This document shows positions 22,993 to 34,137 of a DNA stretch of 56,413 nt, in pieces. The DNA is from Craspedostauros australis. Lineage: Eukaryota. Numbering within the stretch: position 1 is the first letter of the stretch; each line of letters opens with the position of its first letter. A program made the position numbers and the translations under genes. The stretch lies in contig JALAGF010005432.1 in assembly GCA_030167865.1 (NCBI GenBank), positions 1 through 56,413 of the forward strand. Direction: 5' to 3'. The notes below the pieces were generated by a model. It saw nothing but the letters and a program-made list of their open reading frames with translations, ran no database searches and was not told the origin of the DNA.

Positions 22993-25900
22993 ATGAAGGA
23001 GTCCGAGATTGATGAGATCGTGTTTCATCGCAATGGTGAGTGGAGGAGGAGGCGCGGACAATTGTCTGCATGAGATAGTCCAACTTCATCTCTGTGTGTC
23101 CAAGTACTTTTGTCGATGTGTCGCTGACCTCCCTGCCTGTGTTTTTCATGGCATCTTCTTGCATGGCATCGCATTACATCGCATTGCATTGACGTTCTGA
23201 CAACGGTTGCCACAGTGCACCATGCGCTCAAGACGGTGAAGAGGATCCTCGATGTCAATCGGGGACCCAGACTGGCGGAATGTGTCGAGCACAACTACGA
23301 GGACAAGTTCGAGATGGTGGAGATGCTCACGAACACCAACATCATCGCGATGTGCAATGTCTTGCAGCGCTTTGGCCTCACAGCGGAAGTCCTCAAATCG
23401 ATCGATACGTCCAAGGTCACCACGTTGCGATTTCAGGCCAGCGATACGGCAGAGTTCCTCAACACGGAGATCGTCGAGGTGGACACAGGCAAGACCATCG
23501 AAAAGACTCAAACCACCACAACTTCCATGGGAGCCATATTTGGCGGGACGACGGAGAAGACCACCATCCACAAGGTCATCAAGAAGATCAAAGAGCACCG
23601 CTGGAAGGTGACTGTCTCTTGGTCATTCTCACTCTACTCCCGATCCGAAGTCGACAAGCCCACGGTCTTGCAGTCCCGCACCAAATCCATCATGATCGTA
23701 ACGCAAGCCAAGCATCCGGACCTCGTTGCGTGCACGCAACACGCGCCGATCGACCTCTCCCTCACGTGGCTCCTGCAAATGATCGATACCGACGCGATGG
23801 CGGCACAATTTAAGATTCAAAGGCACCATGCCAATACCAAAACGCCACGCCGCAATGATCAGGTGGAGGCGGCGCTCGGATGGTTCCAGAATGTCTCGTG
23901 GTGGACGGACCAGTACGTGGAGCACATGCAAGGCCGTGTGGAGAATCTCATCGACTTGCACAATCCGGTCAATCGGCGGCCGCAGCACAGGACTAAGCTC
24001 CGCACGATCGATGCCAAACAACTGTTCTGTCCGGTTCAACCATTGATGGAACAAATTAAGGATTCTGTGACGAACCCAACCACAACAACCAGCACGAATT
24101 CAGCCGTGTCATCTTCGACTCTCTCGTTTCCGCGTTCATCTCGACCAACCAGTGGAGATGGAACATCATCGTCGTCTCTTCTTTCGAACACTGACATGAA
24201 GAAGCTCCTCAATGAGCAAGTTCGCACCATCGACGAGGCGGCCAGCAGGTTGCAATCATCGTCGCAGTTCCCCGCCAAGCAACTGGCAAGGTTGATCTCC
24301 GATCTGGAGGCCACCAATGTGATGCTTTGCAAACACATGCACGACCTCAAGCAGCAACACCGATTGAGCGTGGAGTATGTGGAGCAGATGCTTCGCAACC
24401 AGCTGACTTCGGCCATTGGCAAAACCCTCCAGCCACGAGATGTGGAACAGTTCATGACGCATCACAATGCTCGGTTGATGAACCGGCCGCCAGCAGTATT
24501 CTGCCACAGTATCCGACGCCCCATGTTCTCGCCAGATGGGATCGTCAGTATCGAACGATCTTACCAAGACGACAAAAACGAAGAGGAGTATGAAGCAATC
24601 CAAACGATATGCCGAACAATGAAGACGGCGACGCCCTTCCGACTCCCCGTCGATGCTTCTACCACGATCGACCTCACGGGTGACGTCCATCTCCACGGCT
24701 GGTTGGAACATTCCTTCGACAATGTCACTGCATCCCTTCGACTTACCGCACGGGCGCGTCAGTTTTCAGCATTCGTGTTGATTGTCGGCAACCTGGCAAG
24801 TCCCAACAAGCTGCATCCCAAGGATGCGATCATCGTCCAGAACAAGGACGAAGTGCTAATCCCGCTGCTCTTGCAGCCGTTGCCGACCTCCAAGGAATTC
24901 AAGGACTCCATCCGCTCGCTATCGCCGGAGCAACAACGATTCGCCAAGTCCTACCGTGCCATGCAGCTGGAATCCTCCGTGTTGGGTATCGCCGTCGTTC
25001 AGATCAAGCCGCAATTGGAACGTCTGCTGAAGCTGCCAGACCGCGCTTTGACGAAGGAGATGAAGCTCACCAATGATCTGATGGAACTCTTTGTGGAGCA
25101 TCAGGTACCGTCCGACATGTTGTGTTACGATGGACCAAGCGATGCCACGATGGAAGCGAAGCTTGCCAAGGTTCGGGAGTACACCGACTCCGTCATGGAT
25201 GTCGTGCAGACGGAGAAGATCCGTCAGCTGCATGAGGAAGCTCGCGAGGCGCAGATGGCGAAAGAGAAGGCGCTGCAAGAAGAACGGCGAAACCGTGAGT
25301 TGCGGGAAACGTACGAAGAAGGCGATTACTCCAGTGAGAGCGAAGATTGCGACATGTCCATAGGCGGTAGTAGCATGGATATGTTCGCGGCGGACGAGTG
25401 CTGTGCCCTTCCCCCAGTTCCAGGAGGTGCGGGTGGAGGTGGAGGCGGGGATGGCGATGATTTCCTACTCGATAGACTTGAGGAGCCACTCAAAGAACAA
25501 ACAGAAGACTTCGATGGCATTGACGAGGATGGCATGGTTGATGATCAAGATCGCCAAGACAGCGATGCGGCGGGTGCTGCCAATGATGTTGGCGATGAAA
25601 AATCTGGCAAGGACGTCAACAACGCCACCCCAAGCATGACCAAGACGATGGACTTCACAACGATCCCCAAACTGCTGGATGCTGCGACGGAAAAGTACAA
25701 CGGCGCCAGCGACAACGCGCTGCGTCCCATCATCCTGAAAACCTCGAACGAATGGACGCGCCATCGACAGCCCAACCTGCTGACCAAAGCGACAGCCTCG
25801 AAACTGACGACGGCTGAAATCCAATCCGAGCGCAACCAGGCCATGGATCTGCTCGATGCCCTGAGCCGCAGCGGGTCCCTTGCCATCCCCTCGTCGGAAT

Positions 25901-26127
25901 TGCACGTCGTCGTGTGCATGGGATACTCCTTCTGCAACGACGTGATGGGAACGGTGATTCAAGACAACGTGAATCCCATTGAGAAGCTGGAACGCTCCGC
26001 CTTGATGATCGGGTCAGTGATCCATGATGTGACGCCGCGTAAGTTGGTGTTCACGCATGCTTTGGCTCGGTTGGAAGCCCAATTTCCCAAGCTCCTGTCG
26101 ATGGGGATGAGCGAAACAGATATTTGA
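22993..26127 (+). CDS. Conserved uncharacterised ~980-aa protein; exons 22993-23035 and 23216-26127
   Basis: 970-aa ORF. A phase-1 intron at 23036-23215 (GTGAG...CACAG) adds MKESEIDEIVFHRN. Conserved-looking core ARARQFSAFVLIVG..IVQNKDE..SLSPEQQRFAKSYRAMQLES..QIKPQLERLL. Confidence 0.85.
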
Positions 26128-26575
26128 TTGATTGAGTGTGTGTGCCATGCGTGCCATCTGCGTCCTGGAAGCGCACAACCCATTCATTTGACCATACATG
26201 CTCTACATCATGGATAAACCCGCAAGCTCAATTCTATTGCATTACCCATTATGTGCTACAACGCCATCGAAGTGTATTTTGTGGAGCGCTATGGAGTATC
26301 ATGGTTTGGTGTGGTTGTTTCGGTGATGCGGCGGGTTATTCGTAAAGTAATTCTATGTACGTCGTTGGTCTGCTGCTGTGAGTTCCAAGTGTTGCAATCA
26401 ATGGCGCGCTGTGAGAGGCTCCTGTTGTTGCCCAAGTTGTCACATCCTTTCCAATTCAATTCCGTTGGTCAACTCCTAACCGAAGCTCTGACGCCTTCCA
26501 TCCAGAACAACCATCAAATGCAAAACTCAACTCCACACGTTCCGTCTCGACCGCAAAAACCAACGTGCGCGTCGA

Positions 26576-28957
26576 TTACACCAACGATGGCAGGATGAAA
26601 TGGAACATGCCGAGCTTGGCCTGCAGTGGCTCCGATGACATTGGCGTCGAGGCATCGTCTGCCAGCATGACAAAATTGTACTCCCCCTGCATGCGTGCCA
26701 CGACGGGCGTCTTGTCGAGCATGGGCTTGACGTTGAGTGGTGCCGTGCTGGTGTACTCGAAGGATTCGCCTGGCTTGAGGATTGGCTGTCTTCCAGTGAC
26801 GCCTGGTCCCTGCACGACGTCCTTCTTGTCGCTGCCAATGGTTTGGATTTCGAATTTGCGCGAGACGAGCTGGATTGGTTGCTTGGACTGGTTGGTGATG
26901 CGGATGTTGTAAGCGAAGGAGTGCTTGTCCATGAGGGCGTCCGATCGCTCGGGGCGGTACGAGGTGGTCGCCTGGACCTTGACGTCGCGCGTGACGAGGT
27001 CGGAGCTGTCGTTGAGGGGGACGTTGATTTCGCCGGCCAGGATATCTGGATCACCTGGCAGCGTGGATGCTGGTGCCGTCGCTGCGGATGCCGCTGACTT
27101 GGATGCGGTGGAGGTGGTGGACTTGGCGGCTGGCGTGGCAGCGGCTGAGGCGCCTTCCTCATCTTCGTCGTCGTCGTCCTCGTCATCGGAATGGAATGGC
27201 TTGACCCGCTGTTCCTCGGGGAAGACGAAATGAAATGTGCCCAATTCGGCGGAAGCCTCTCCGCCTTCCTTGAGCTGATCGGGAGACGCGGTTTGCTGTC
27301 CTGCGGCCAGGATGGTGTAGCGGTACTCTCCCTGCATGCGTGCTGCGATGATGGTGGTTCCAAGCGGACGCACGGAGAGCGGTGCGGTGGAGGAGTACTC
27401 GAAGACCTCGCCTGGCTTGAGGATTGGCGTGCGACCGGTGACACCCTCGCCCTCGACGACGTCCTTCATGGAGGCGCCGACGGTCTGGATTTCGAAGCGG
27501 CGGCCCAGGAGCTGGATGGTGTCGGTCGGCGAATTGTTGGTGATGCGGATGGTGTACTTGAAGCTGTGCTTGCGCATGGGCGGATCGGAGGCCTCCTTCT
27601 TGTAGGAGGATGTGGCCTCGACCTGCAGCGGTCCGGTGATTGTGGTGCTGGCGGACTTGGCCGAATTGTCCACCTCGCCCTGCGTGACGTCAGGGTCGCC
27701 GGGCAGACGTGGTCGGCCGCTGGATGCCTCGACGGCGGCTGCCTCGCGGGCCTTGTCGGCGCTGGACTTGGTGCCGGGGACGTCGTCGTCGTCGTCGCTG
27801 TCTTCGTCGATGATTCCTTCCAATGCCTCGATCGTGTCGCCGTCCGCGCCCAGCATCTTGCGTCGCATGTCCTTGACCTCGGATCGCGCCTCTTCGAGGG
27901 CCTTCTCCATGCTGGTCGTGCGGTCATCGGGCGCGTCGGGGACCTTGCCGAGGATGTCCTTGGCGCGCTCCTCGCGCTTCTTCCTGTCCTCCTCCAGCTC
28001 GCCCATGATGCGTCGCATGGTGCGTTCCCTGCGCTCCTTGGCCTCCCTGTCCTCGCGCAGACCAGGATTCCGCATGTCCTCCTCGAACTGCAGCTGCGCC
28101 TTCTCCATGTTCTTGCGGCGCTCGGCCATCATGGCGCGTCCGCGTGCGGCACGTTCCGCGCGGATCTCTCGCTCCAGGACGGCGGCGGCGCGTCCCGAGG
28201 AGATGCCGATGTCGTAGATCTCGGTGTGGAGGGCGTAGCCACGCGAGTTGAGGTCGATGCCCGGCGGCGGGCCACCGACCCTGTCGGCCAGGTCGCGCAG
28301 GGCCTGGACCTTGGCGTCGTCGGCACCGAGCTGAATGGCATCGCGCAGACGCTCGTTGATGTCGAACCATGGGTCCTGGGCGAAGCGGCGCTTGAGGTCG
28401 TTGTTGGCCTCGACCCAGCCGGCGTAGTCCTTGCGCATGCGTAGATCGGGGAGGTCGGACTTGCGGATCTGGCGCATCACGCTGAGGTTCTCCTTGCGCT
28501 CGTCCTTGGACATGGTCTGGACGATCTGGTCGTCTGGGACGCGGTCGGGGCCATCGACGGGGTCCGTGAAGTAGCGCGAGGGCCGCGGCTTGATGATCGG
28601 GTTGGGATCGTACGGGTCCAGCGTCATGCCGGTGAAGGGCGACTTGGTGGTCTCCAGGGCGGGCGAGGAGGAGCCACCGGCCGATGCCATCTCGTAGTCG
28701 TCGTCCTCGTCGTCGTCATCATCGTCGTCGTCCTTGTCATCCGCGAAGCGCGAGGAGCGCAGCGAGGTGAAGCTGGGGTATGGCGCATGAGTGTTAGTGA
28801 CAGTGACAGTGTTGGTGATGGTGTTAGTGATAGCACTGCCCGCCATGGAGTTGGTGCGGGAAGCGAAGCTCACGACAGTGGGGATGAATGCCGCTGCGAA
28901 GGGTGATGTCATGGCATGGGCCAGGAAGCCTGCCATTGCGAGCGATGTGGATCTCAT
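26576..28957 (-). CDS. Plastid-targeted protein with a coiled-coil region and two tandem ApaG (DUF525) domains
   Basis: Signal peptide plus AAA|FIP and a S/T-rich transit peptide. Two copies of FxYxIRITN..IQL..R.FEIQT..V.G.GVTGRxPILKPGExFEYxS..MQGEY. Confidence 0.88.
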   Translation of the reverse strand: MRSTSLAMAGFLAHAMTSPFAAAFIPTVVSFASRTNSMAGSAITNTITNTVTVTNTHAPYPSFTSLRSSRFADDKDDDDDDDDEDDDYEMASAGGSSSPALETTKSPFTGMTLDPYDPNPIIKPRPSRYFTDPVDGPDRVPDDQIVQTMSKDERKENLSVMRQIRKSDLPDLRMRKDYAGWVEANNDLKRRFAQDPWFDINERLRDAIQLGADDAKVQALRDLADRVGGPPPGIDLNSRGYALHTEIYDIGISSGRAAAVLEREIRAERAARGRAMMAERRKNMEKAQLQFEEDMRNPGLREDREAKERRERTMRRIMGELEEDRKKREERAKDILGKVPDAPDDRTTSMEKALEEARSEVKDMRRKMLGADGDTIEALEGIIDEDSDDDDDVPGTKSSADKAREAAAVEASSGRPRLPGDPDVTQGEVDNSAKSASTTITGPLQVEATSSYKKEASDPPMRKHSFKYTIRITNNSPTDTIQLLGRRFEIQTVGASMKDVVEGEGVTGRTPILKPGEVFEYSSTAPLSVRPLGTTIIAARMQGEYRYTILAAGQQTASPDQLKEGGEASAELGTFHFVFPEEQRVKPFHSDDEDDDDEDEEGASAAATPAAKSTTSTASKSAASAATAPASTLPGDPDILAGEINVPLNDSSDLVTRDVKVQATTSYRPERSDALMDKHSFAYNIRITNQSKQPIQLVSRKFEIQTIGSDKKDVVQGPGVTGRQPILKPGESFEYTSTAPLNVKPMLDKTPVVARMQGEYNFVMLADDASTPMSSEPLQAKLGMFHFILPSLV

Positions 28958-30391
28958 GATAGCGTGTTGCGCGTTGCTTGGGTATGAGTTGGGTTGGGCT
29001 GAATTGAATTCAATTGAATTGAGTTTGGATTTGTTTGCCTTTTGGAAACTGTCACGTGTCAATACCTGATTGCTTCTGTCGTTATCGATCTGCCTCTGTC
29101 GCTGTTGTTGCTATCGTTGCTATCGTTGCTGCTGTGTCAATGGGAGGGCGATGTGGGGAATGCCTCCGGATGAACGCCGCTTTGCTTCGATTTGCCTTGT
29201 TTGGGATTGTTTGGGATTGTTATGGGCTGTGGTGCCGATGGAGATGGAGATGTGGTGGTGGGAGTCTTTGTTGAGTTGAGCTGAGTTGGGTTGAGTTGAG
29301 TTGGTGCAGCAAAGAAGGATCGGTTGATTTGGTTTTGTTCCTCTCTTCTTCGTCTGCTCTCCTTGATCCTTTGTTTGGGGACCAACAAGACGAAGCAAAC
29401 AGAGAGACGAACGCCCAGACACCGGAAAAAGAACGACAGCGAACGATGACGCAAACGGCTGTCGTTGGATCTTTTGACGTGTTGTTGTGGCAGCCGTCAC
29501 GATGTTCTCTTCGCACCAAACATGCGCAACGACAGCTGTTTGGATCCGAATCAGAATTGGAGATGATGTTGACGTCATTGAGAACTCTCGTGTCCAATCA
29601 GCGTCTCGCAAAACTGGAATGGAATGACTCACGAATTCCAAAGCAGATGCGCGACGTCAACGGAGTTTTGGAATCGTGGGGAAGGCGAAGGATGTCCGCG
29701 GTCTCTATGCTTGGTCTATCGTCTAGCTTGGTTTAGTTTGGTGCTAATCACAATAGATCGATGTTGGGGTTCGAGCTGGAGCACAGCAGAGAGTTGGAAT
29801 GCGGCGCCTTCCACAAAGTTGATGGCAAGAGCTGGCGATTGTTGTTGTCCAAGCACTTGCATGGGTTGTGAATGGTGCATGTGATCCTCTTTTTGATTGA
29901 TTGATGGGATAGTTTGATTCTTCTCGGTTTGGATGATTGGCATCAGCGCCTGGCCACCTTCGATCTCTACAAGATGTCGCACGTCGCTCCACTGTTTGCT
30001 GGCGAGGGTGTGTCTCCTGTTGCCGTCAAAGGCTTGATGTGTGGACCGATCGAACGACAACAGAGTTGCTCTGGAAAGAAAGAGAGAGAAAAGCTCTCAG
30101 GGGTTGGGTGTTCCACCCCAGTCGCCAATTGATTGGAGAGTGCCGTGACAATCTTCTTCTCTCGGCTCTGCTTATCTCCGCTGACGAGGTCGACCACATC
30201 CAACCATTCCAAACCAGATTCCTTCCATGATCTTTTCAGTCATGGATACGCCAATCAATCAATGAACTCACCGACATTGCGCATCCCTCGATCTTTGCGC
30301 AGAAGAACCATCATTCACTCGATACAAACACACATGATCTGCATGGCGACGAGACAACATCCAAATAGCATCCTGCCACACTCAGATTGCC

Positions 30392-31915
30392 ATGCAAACG
30401 CAGGCTACGATACGCAAGGCGGAAGCTGCCGCGCGCGAGTTGACGAAAGAATGGATGCGCAAGACGTTGCATGCGGCCTTCGTGGAAGGTTTGCAGCAGG
30501 TGTGGTCCGTGTCTGATGCAGAAGCGGAGATTGTGGTGTCCGAGGACGATTGGCAGAAGAGCGTGGACTTTGTGAATGCGCTGTCGCAACGATGGGCTGC
30601 GAAGCTGCGGCAGCAGGATCATGACGACGCAGCCGTGTGGTTGGATGCAGTGTACGAAGCTGGCAAAGCATCCGCGTGGACGTCCAGTGCGCCGGTACAA
30701 CATGATGCACGGATGATGGACACGGAAGTGGAGGCTGAAGAGGTGGCTTTGCAACAACAGAATGAAATCAACAGTCAGGAGAATAGCGAAGAGGAACCAC
30801 AGGATAGATCCACTCCATTCCAACCAGGCGGAGATGACATCGGTGGCAACAGAAGTACCAATCACAGAAACGGCAATGACGACAACAATGATGAAGAAGA
30901 CAATGATTCACCACCTGCCGTCCATCCCCTCAGATTGATCAAGCGACTGGCGAGACAAGCGGAACAAGATTACCTCAAAGTGATGAAGCAGCCATACAAT
31001 GAGACCGATGCGGAACGAGCAGAGCGAACGCAGCGCATTTACGACAAACTCTGGAGTATGATCCAAAGCGGCCAAACCTACTGGCCCCAGAAGCATGGGG
31101 CGGCATTAGAGGAGATCATGTCAAACATTGCATACCGAATGGACGCGAGCCACAATGTCCTGTCGGCCAAGAACGACAGTGGTGTTGAAATCGTGCCAAA
31201 GTCCGTTTGGGAGAAGCAGCAGCAACAGAGAAAGGCCAGTTCCGGCAACGATAACCAGACCAACGGCACCGTCGAGACGTTGCTGCAACACACGGAACGC
31301 AAACTGAAGGCGAACGAAACATTCTCCAAACGCCGCATCCAACCGGAAGAACAGGAACCACCGCGCCCGCCATCCGACATTGGCGCTTGCCAATTCTCAA
31401 TGCAAGACATCATCGCCGAACAGCATTCGGACTTGGACGCCTACTTCCACCACGACGACGCCACGAGCGACGCACGTCTTCCCATCCTCTTCGGACCCCT
31501 GCACACCGTCGGTCATGCACGTTTCCAAGAATACGTGCGCCACAACATCATCGTCAATGCGGGTTCCTACATGTCACGCCGGCTCAAATTGGCCCGCATC
31601 GTGCGCGAACGCATGGGATCCCGCATGGTGAACAAGGATTACAAGCGGACGGGTCGATCGAAGATTCTGCGCACCTTGCAACGATCCCTGTCGGTGGCAC
31701 AACGCAAATACACGTGGGATTTGGATTTGTCGGGCGGTGTCGTGTTGATGGAGCGCGTTGTGGGGCGGCGGCGGCGGTTGTGCGCATTCGGGATTTTGGA
31801 GATCGTGTTGGAGGATGAGAATGAAAAGGAAGCAGAGACGGGGGAGGATACTGGCGATGGTGTTGATGTCAGAGCTGCCACAACAGAACCAGCATCGGAG
31901 ATAACAATATCATGA
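30392..31915 (+). CDS. Hypothetical protein
   Basis: 507-aa ATG-initiated ORF with helical and low-complexity segments. No family recognised. Confidence 0.75.
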   Translation: MQTQATIRKAEAAARELTKEWMRKTLHAAFVEGLQQVWSVSDAEAEIVVSEDDWQKSVDFVNALSQRWAAKLRQQDHDDAAVWLDAVYEAGKASAWTSSAPVQHDARMMDTEVEAEEVALQQQNEINSQENSEEEPQDRSTPFQPGGDDIGGNRSTNHRNGNDDNNDEEDNDSPPAVHPLRLIKRLARQAEQDYLKVMKQPYNETDAERAERTQRIYDKLWSMIQSGQTYWPQKHGAALEEIMSNIAYRMDASHNVLSAKNDSGVEIVPKSVWEKQQQQRKASSGNDNQTNGTVETLLQHTERKLKANETFSKRRIQPEEQEPPRPPSDIGACQFSMQDIIAEQHSDLDAYFHHDDATSDARLPILFGPLHTVGHARFQEYVRHNIIVNAGSYMSRRLKLARIVRERMGSRMVNKDYKRTGRSKILRTLQRSLSVAQRKYTWDLDLSGGVVLMERVVGRRRRLCAFGILEIVLEDENEKEAETGEDTGDGVDVRAATTEPASEITIS

Positions 31916-32199
31916 CCACACGAGCTGCAACAATACCAGTGTGTTGAGTGTGCAGTAATATATAATAGTTGCAATAGCGTACATAAAGCAATCTTCTGCT
32001 CTATTCCCAATGATCTTCTGCTATTTCAGTTGTTAAGATTGGGAAGCAACATGAACTATGTATGATCGTGTTGGTGTTGGTGGAGGTTGATCTCTGTTGC
32101 ATTGCATCGCATCGCATCGCATCGTATCACCTCCCGTTTTGTGTGTTGCTGAATCGAGAATGCAACACAGCTCTGCAATTCGCGCGCATCCCATCCACT

Positions 32200-33300
32200 T
32201 TAAGTCAAGACGAGATCGCTTGGACCATCGTCAGGTTCTTGCGACTGCACAACAGTGTCTGGCGGTGGCGGCAACGTCGATGCCATGGATGACCCCGCCA
32301 CACTTTCTGGCGGTGGCGGCAATGTCGATGCCATGGATGACTCCGCCACACTTTCCGGCGGCGGCAACGTCGATGCGACGGACGACTCCGCCACACTGGA
32401 TACTTCCGGCAGCGGCGACTGCGCAAAGGCCGCCGCGGGTGGCGACAACGGATTCGTGTTGGCGGGCGGCGCAACAGCCGTATCCATCGTGCTGAGCTCC
32501 AATTCATTGGGCGCCGCCTCCGATTTGGCTGTCGCGCGCGGCAACAGGAACGACAACGTGAGCAACCAAATGGGAATGAGGATGAGACGATTGAGGACGG
32601 CGTAGACGATGGCGATGGGCCCGAATGTGCGGTATCCATCAAATCTGAGAATCTCGGCGACGAATTCGAGGATGCACATGAGACCGATGAAGAGTCCCAA
32701 GGCGTTCCAGCATCCGTCGAATGTGGAGCTGTCGTGTTCGCGCCAGTGGCGCACGCTGGAGTAGGTGAGGATGAGGATGATGGAGAGACAGATCCATTCG
32801 AAGGCGTCGAGGAACCAGACGTAGGCGCTCGTGATGAGGTGCGTGACCTCGAGGGCTCTCCAGCCGAGATCGTCCTGCACGTTGTTGGAGATCCAGCGGT
32901 CGAGGTTGAAGTTGCGGGCGAGGTGGCGCGTGGCAATGTTGGATCCGACGAAGTAGAGGCGGCTGATCCATTCCGTGAAGCTTCCGGCCAAGGCGAAGAA
33001 GGCGATGGCGAGGTGGAGGGAGGTGCTGCTGGTGCCGCGCCTGGAGAGGATCCAGGAGAGCTCGATGATGGGGACGCAGAGGAAGAGCCAGGCGAAGCCG
33101 TTGATGAAGCCTGCCGCCGTCCACAGGGCGGTGTTGTCGATGCGATGATCCCATTCCAGTCGGATGTAGGCTGGGTCGAGCTCCTCGAACAGATCGCGAT
33201 CGAAGTGCGAGCGCTCTCGCTCCTTCACGTAGTACACGATCAGCAGCGCGTTGGCTGCGAACATCAACACCGCCGCAGTCGCGACGAAGCAGTCTGGCAT
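32200..33300 (-). CDS. Uncharacterised multipass membrane protein (paralogue A) with Pro/Ser-rich repeat tail
   Basis: 366 aa, about 6 hydrophobic segments, strong GC3 bias, co-linear similarity to 34138-35013. Confidence 0.88.
   Translation of the reverse strand: MPDCFVATAAVLMFAANALLIVYYVKERERSHFDRDLFEELDPAYIRLEWDHRIDNTALWTAAGFINGFAWLFLCVPIIELSWILSRRGTSSTSLHLAIAFFALAGSFTEWISRLYFVGSNIATRHLARNFNLDRWISNNVQDDLGWRALEVTHLITSAYVWFLDAFEWICLSIILILTYSSVRHWREHDSSTFDGCWNALGLFIGLMCILEFVAEILRFDGYRTFGPIAIVYAVLNRLILIPIWLLTLSFLLPRATAKSEAAPNELELSTMDTAVAPPANTNPLSPPAAAFAQSPLPEVSSVAESSVASTLPPPESVAESSMASTLPPPPESVAGSSMASTLPPPPDTVVQSQEPDDGPSDLVLT
32258..32397 (-). repeat. Coding minisatellite, about 3 units of 45-48 bp
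   Basis: Units start at 32258, 32306 and 32354. They encode SVAESS(V/M)ASTLPPP(P)E. Confidence 0.92.
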
Positions 33301-34137
33301 GGTATAGTCGTAGCAGTTCCTTCTGTCTGTTCGTTTGTTTAGACGTGTAATACTATCTGTATGTATAATACTATCTGTCTGTACTATAGTTCAATACTAT
33401 TTGTATATAATAGTATGGAGTGTGTACGCTGTGCAAGCAGGGTCGCTATTGTTGACAGCGATGCAGAGAGCCAAGTCCTCCAACGAATGAAGAGATGACT
33501 GTCTTTGGAGGCAACTCTGTTTCTTGGTTGCCTGTCCTGTTGTGCACATCTTGCACACGAGTGGACACCATCATTTCGCCAGTCATGAACGCACTTTCAT
33601 TCACGTTTGGCGCGTGCAACAGAGGCAACCGTACGACTACAGCACACGTGGAGGTCGCACTCTCTGTGCAGGAAACAATGGCGCAAACAGTGCGCGCAAA
33701 TGGTGGCACACGCGACTGACGTGGGTAACATGAGCGGTTTATCTTCAATGACCATCGCCATGACCAACACCTCCATCGCTCAATGAATGAATGAATGAAT
33801 GAGGCTGGAGAGAGACTGAATGTTGTTGTCACTAATATTCTATTATATAATACTAAATAGAATAGATCGTAGTCGTACATTACCAATACGTTGAGGAGAC
33901 AGGATCGGCCACAACATGCAGCGCATAAGATTGTCTGATCCTTTTGTTATGAACTGTGGAGCGATCTCTGTCATTGCCTCATGCCATGACCTCATGCCTT
34001 GCCTTACATTCTGATTACTATATGGTGGAGTACGCTACTCTGCTTGCGTTTCGCCTCAACGTGCACATGATGCTTGCGTGCACACCATGCTCCGGAGACG
34101 TCTGGTTGCTGCCTCATGCGCATTGCAGAGAGAGTGC

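Noticed and set aside
32258..32397. Repeat array as CRISPR
   Set aside because: No unique spacers, it is an in-frame coding repeat, and the context is eukaryotic with no cas genes.
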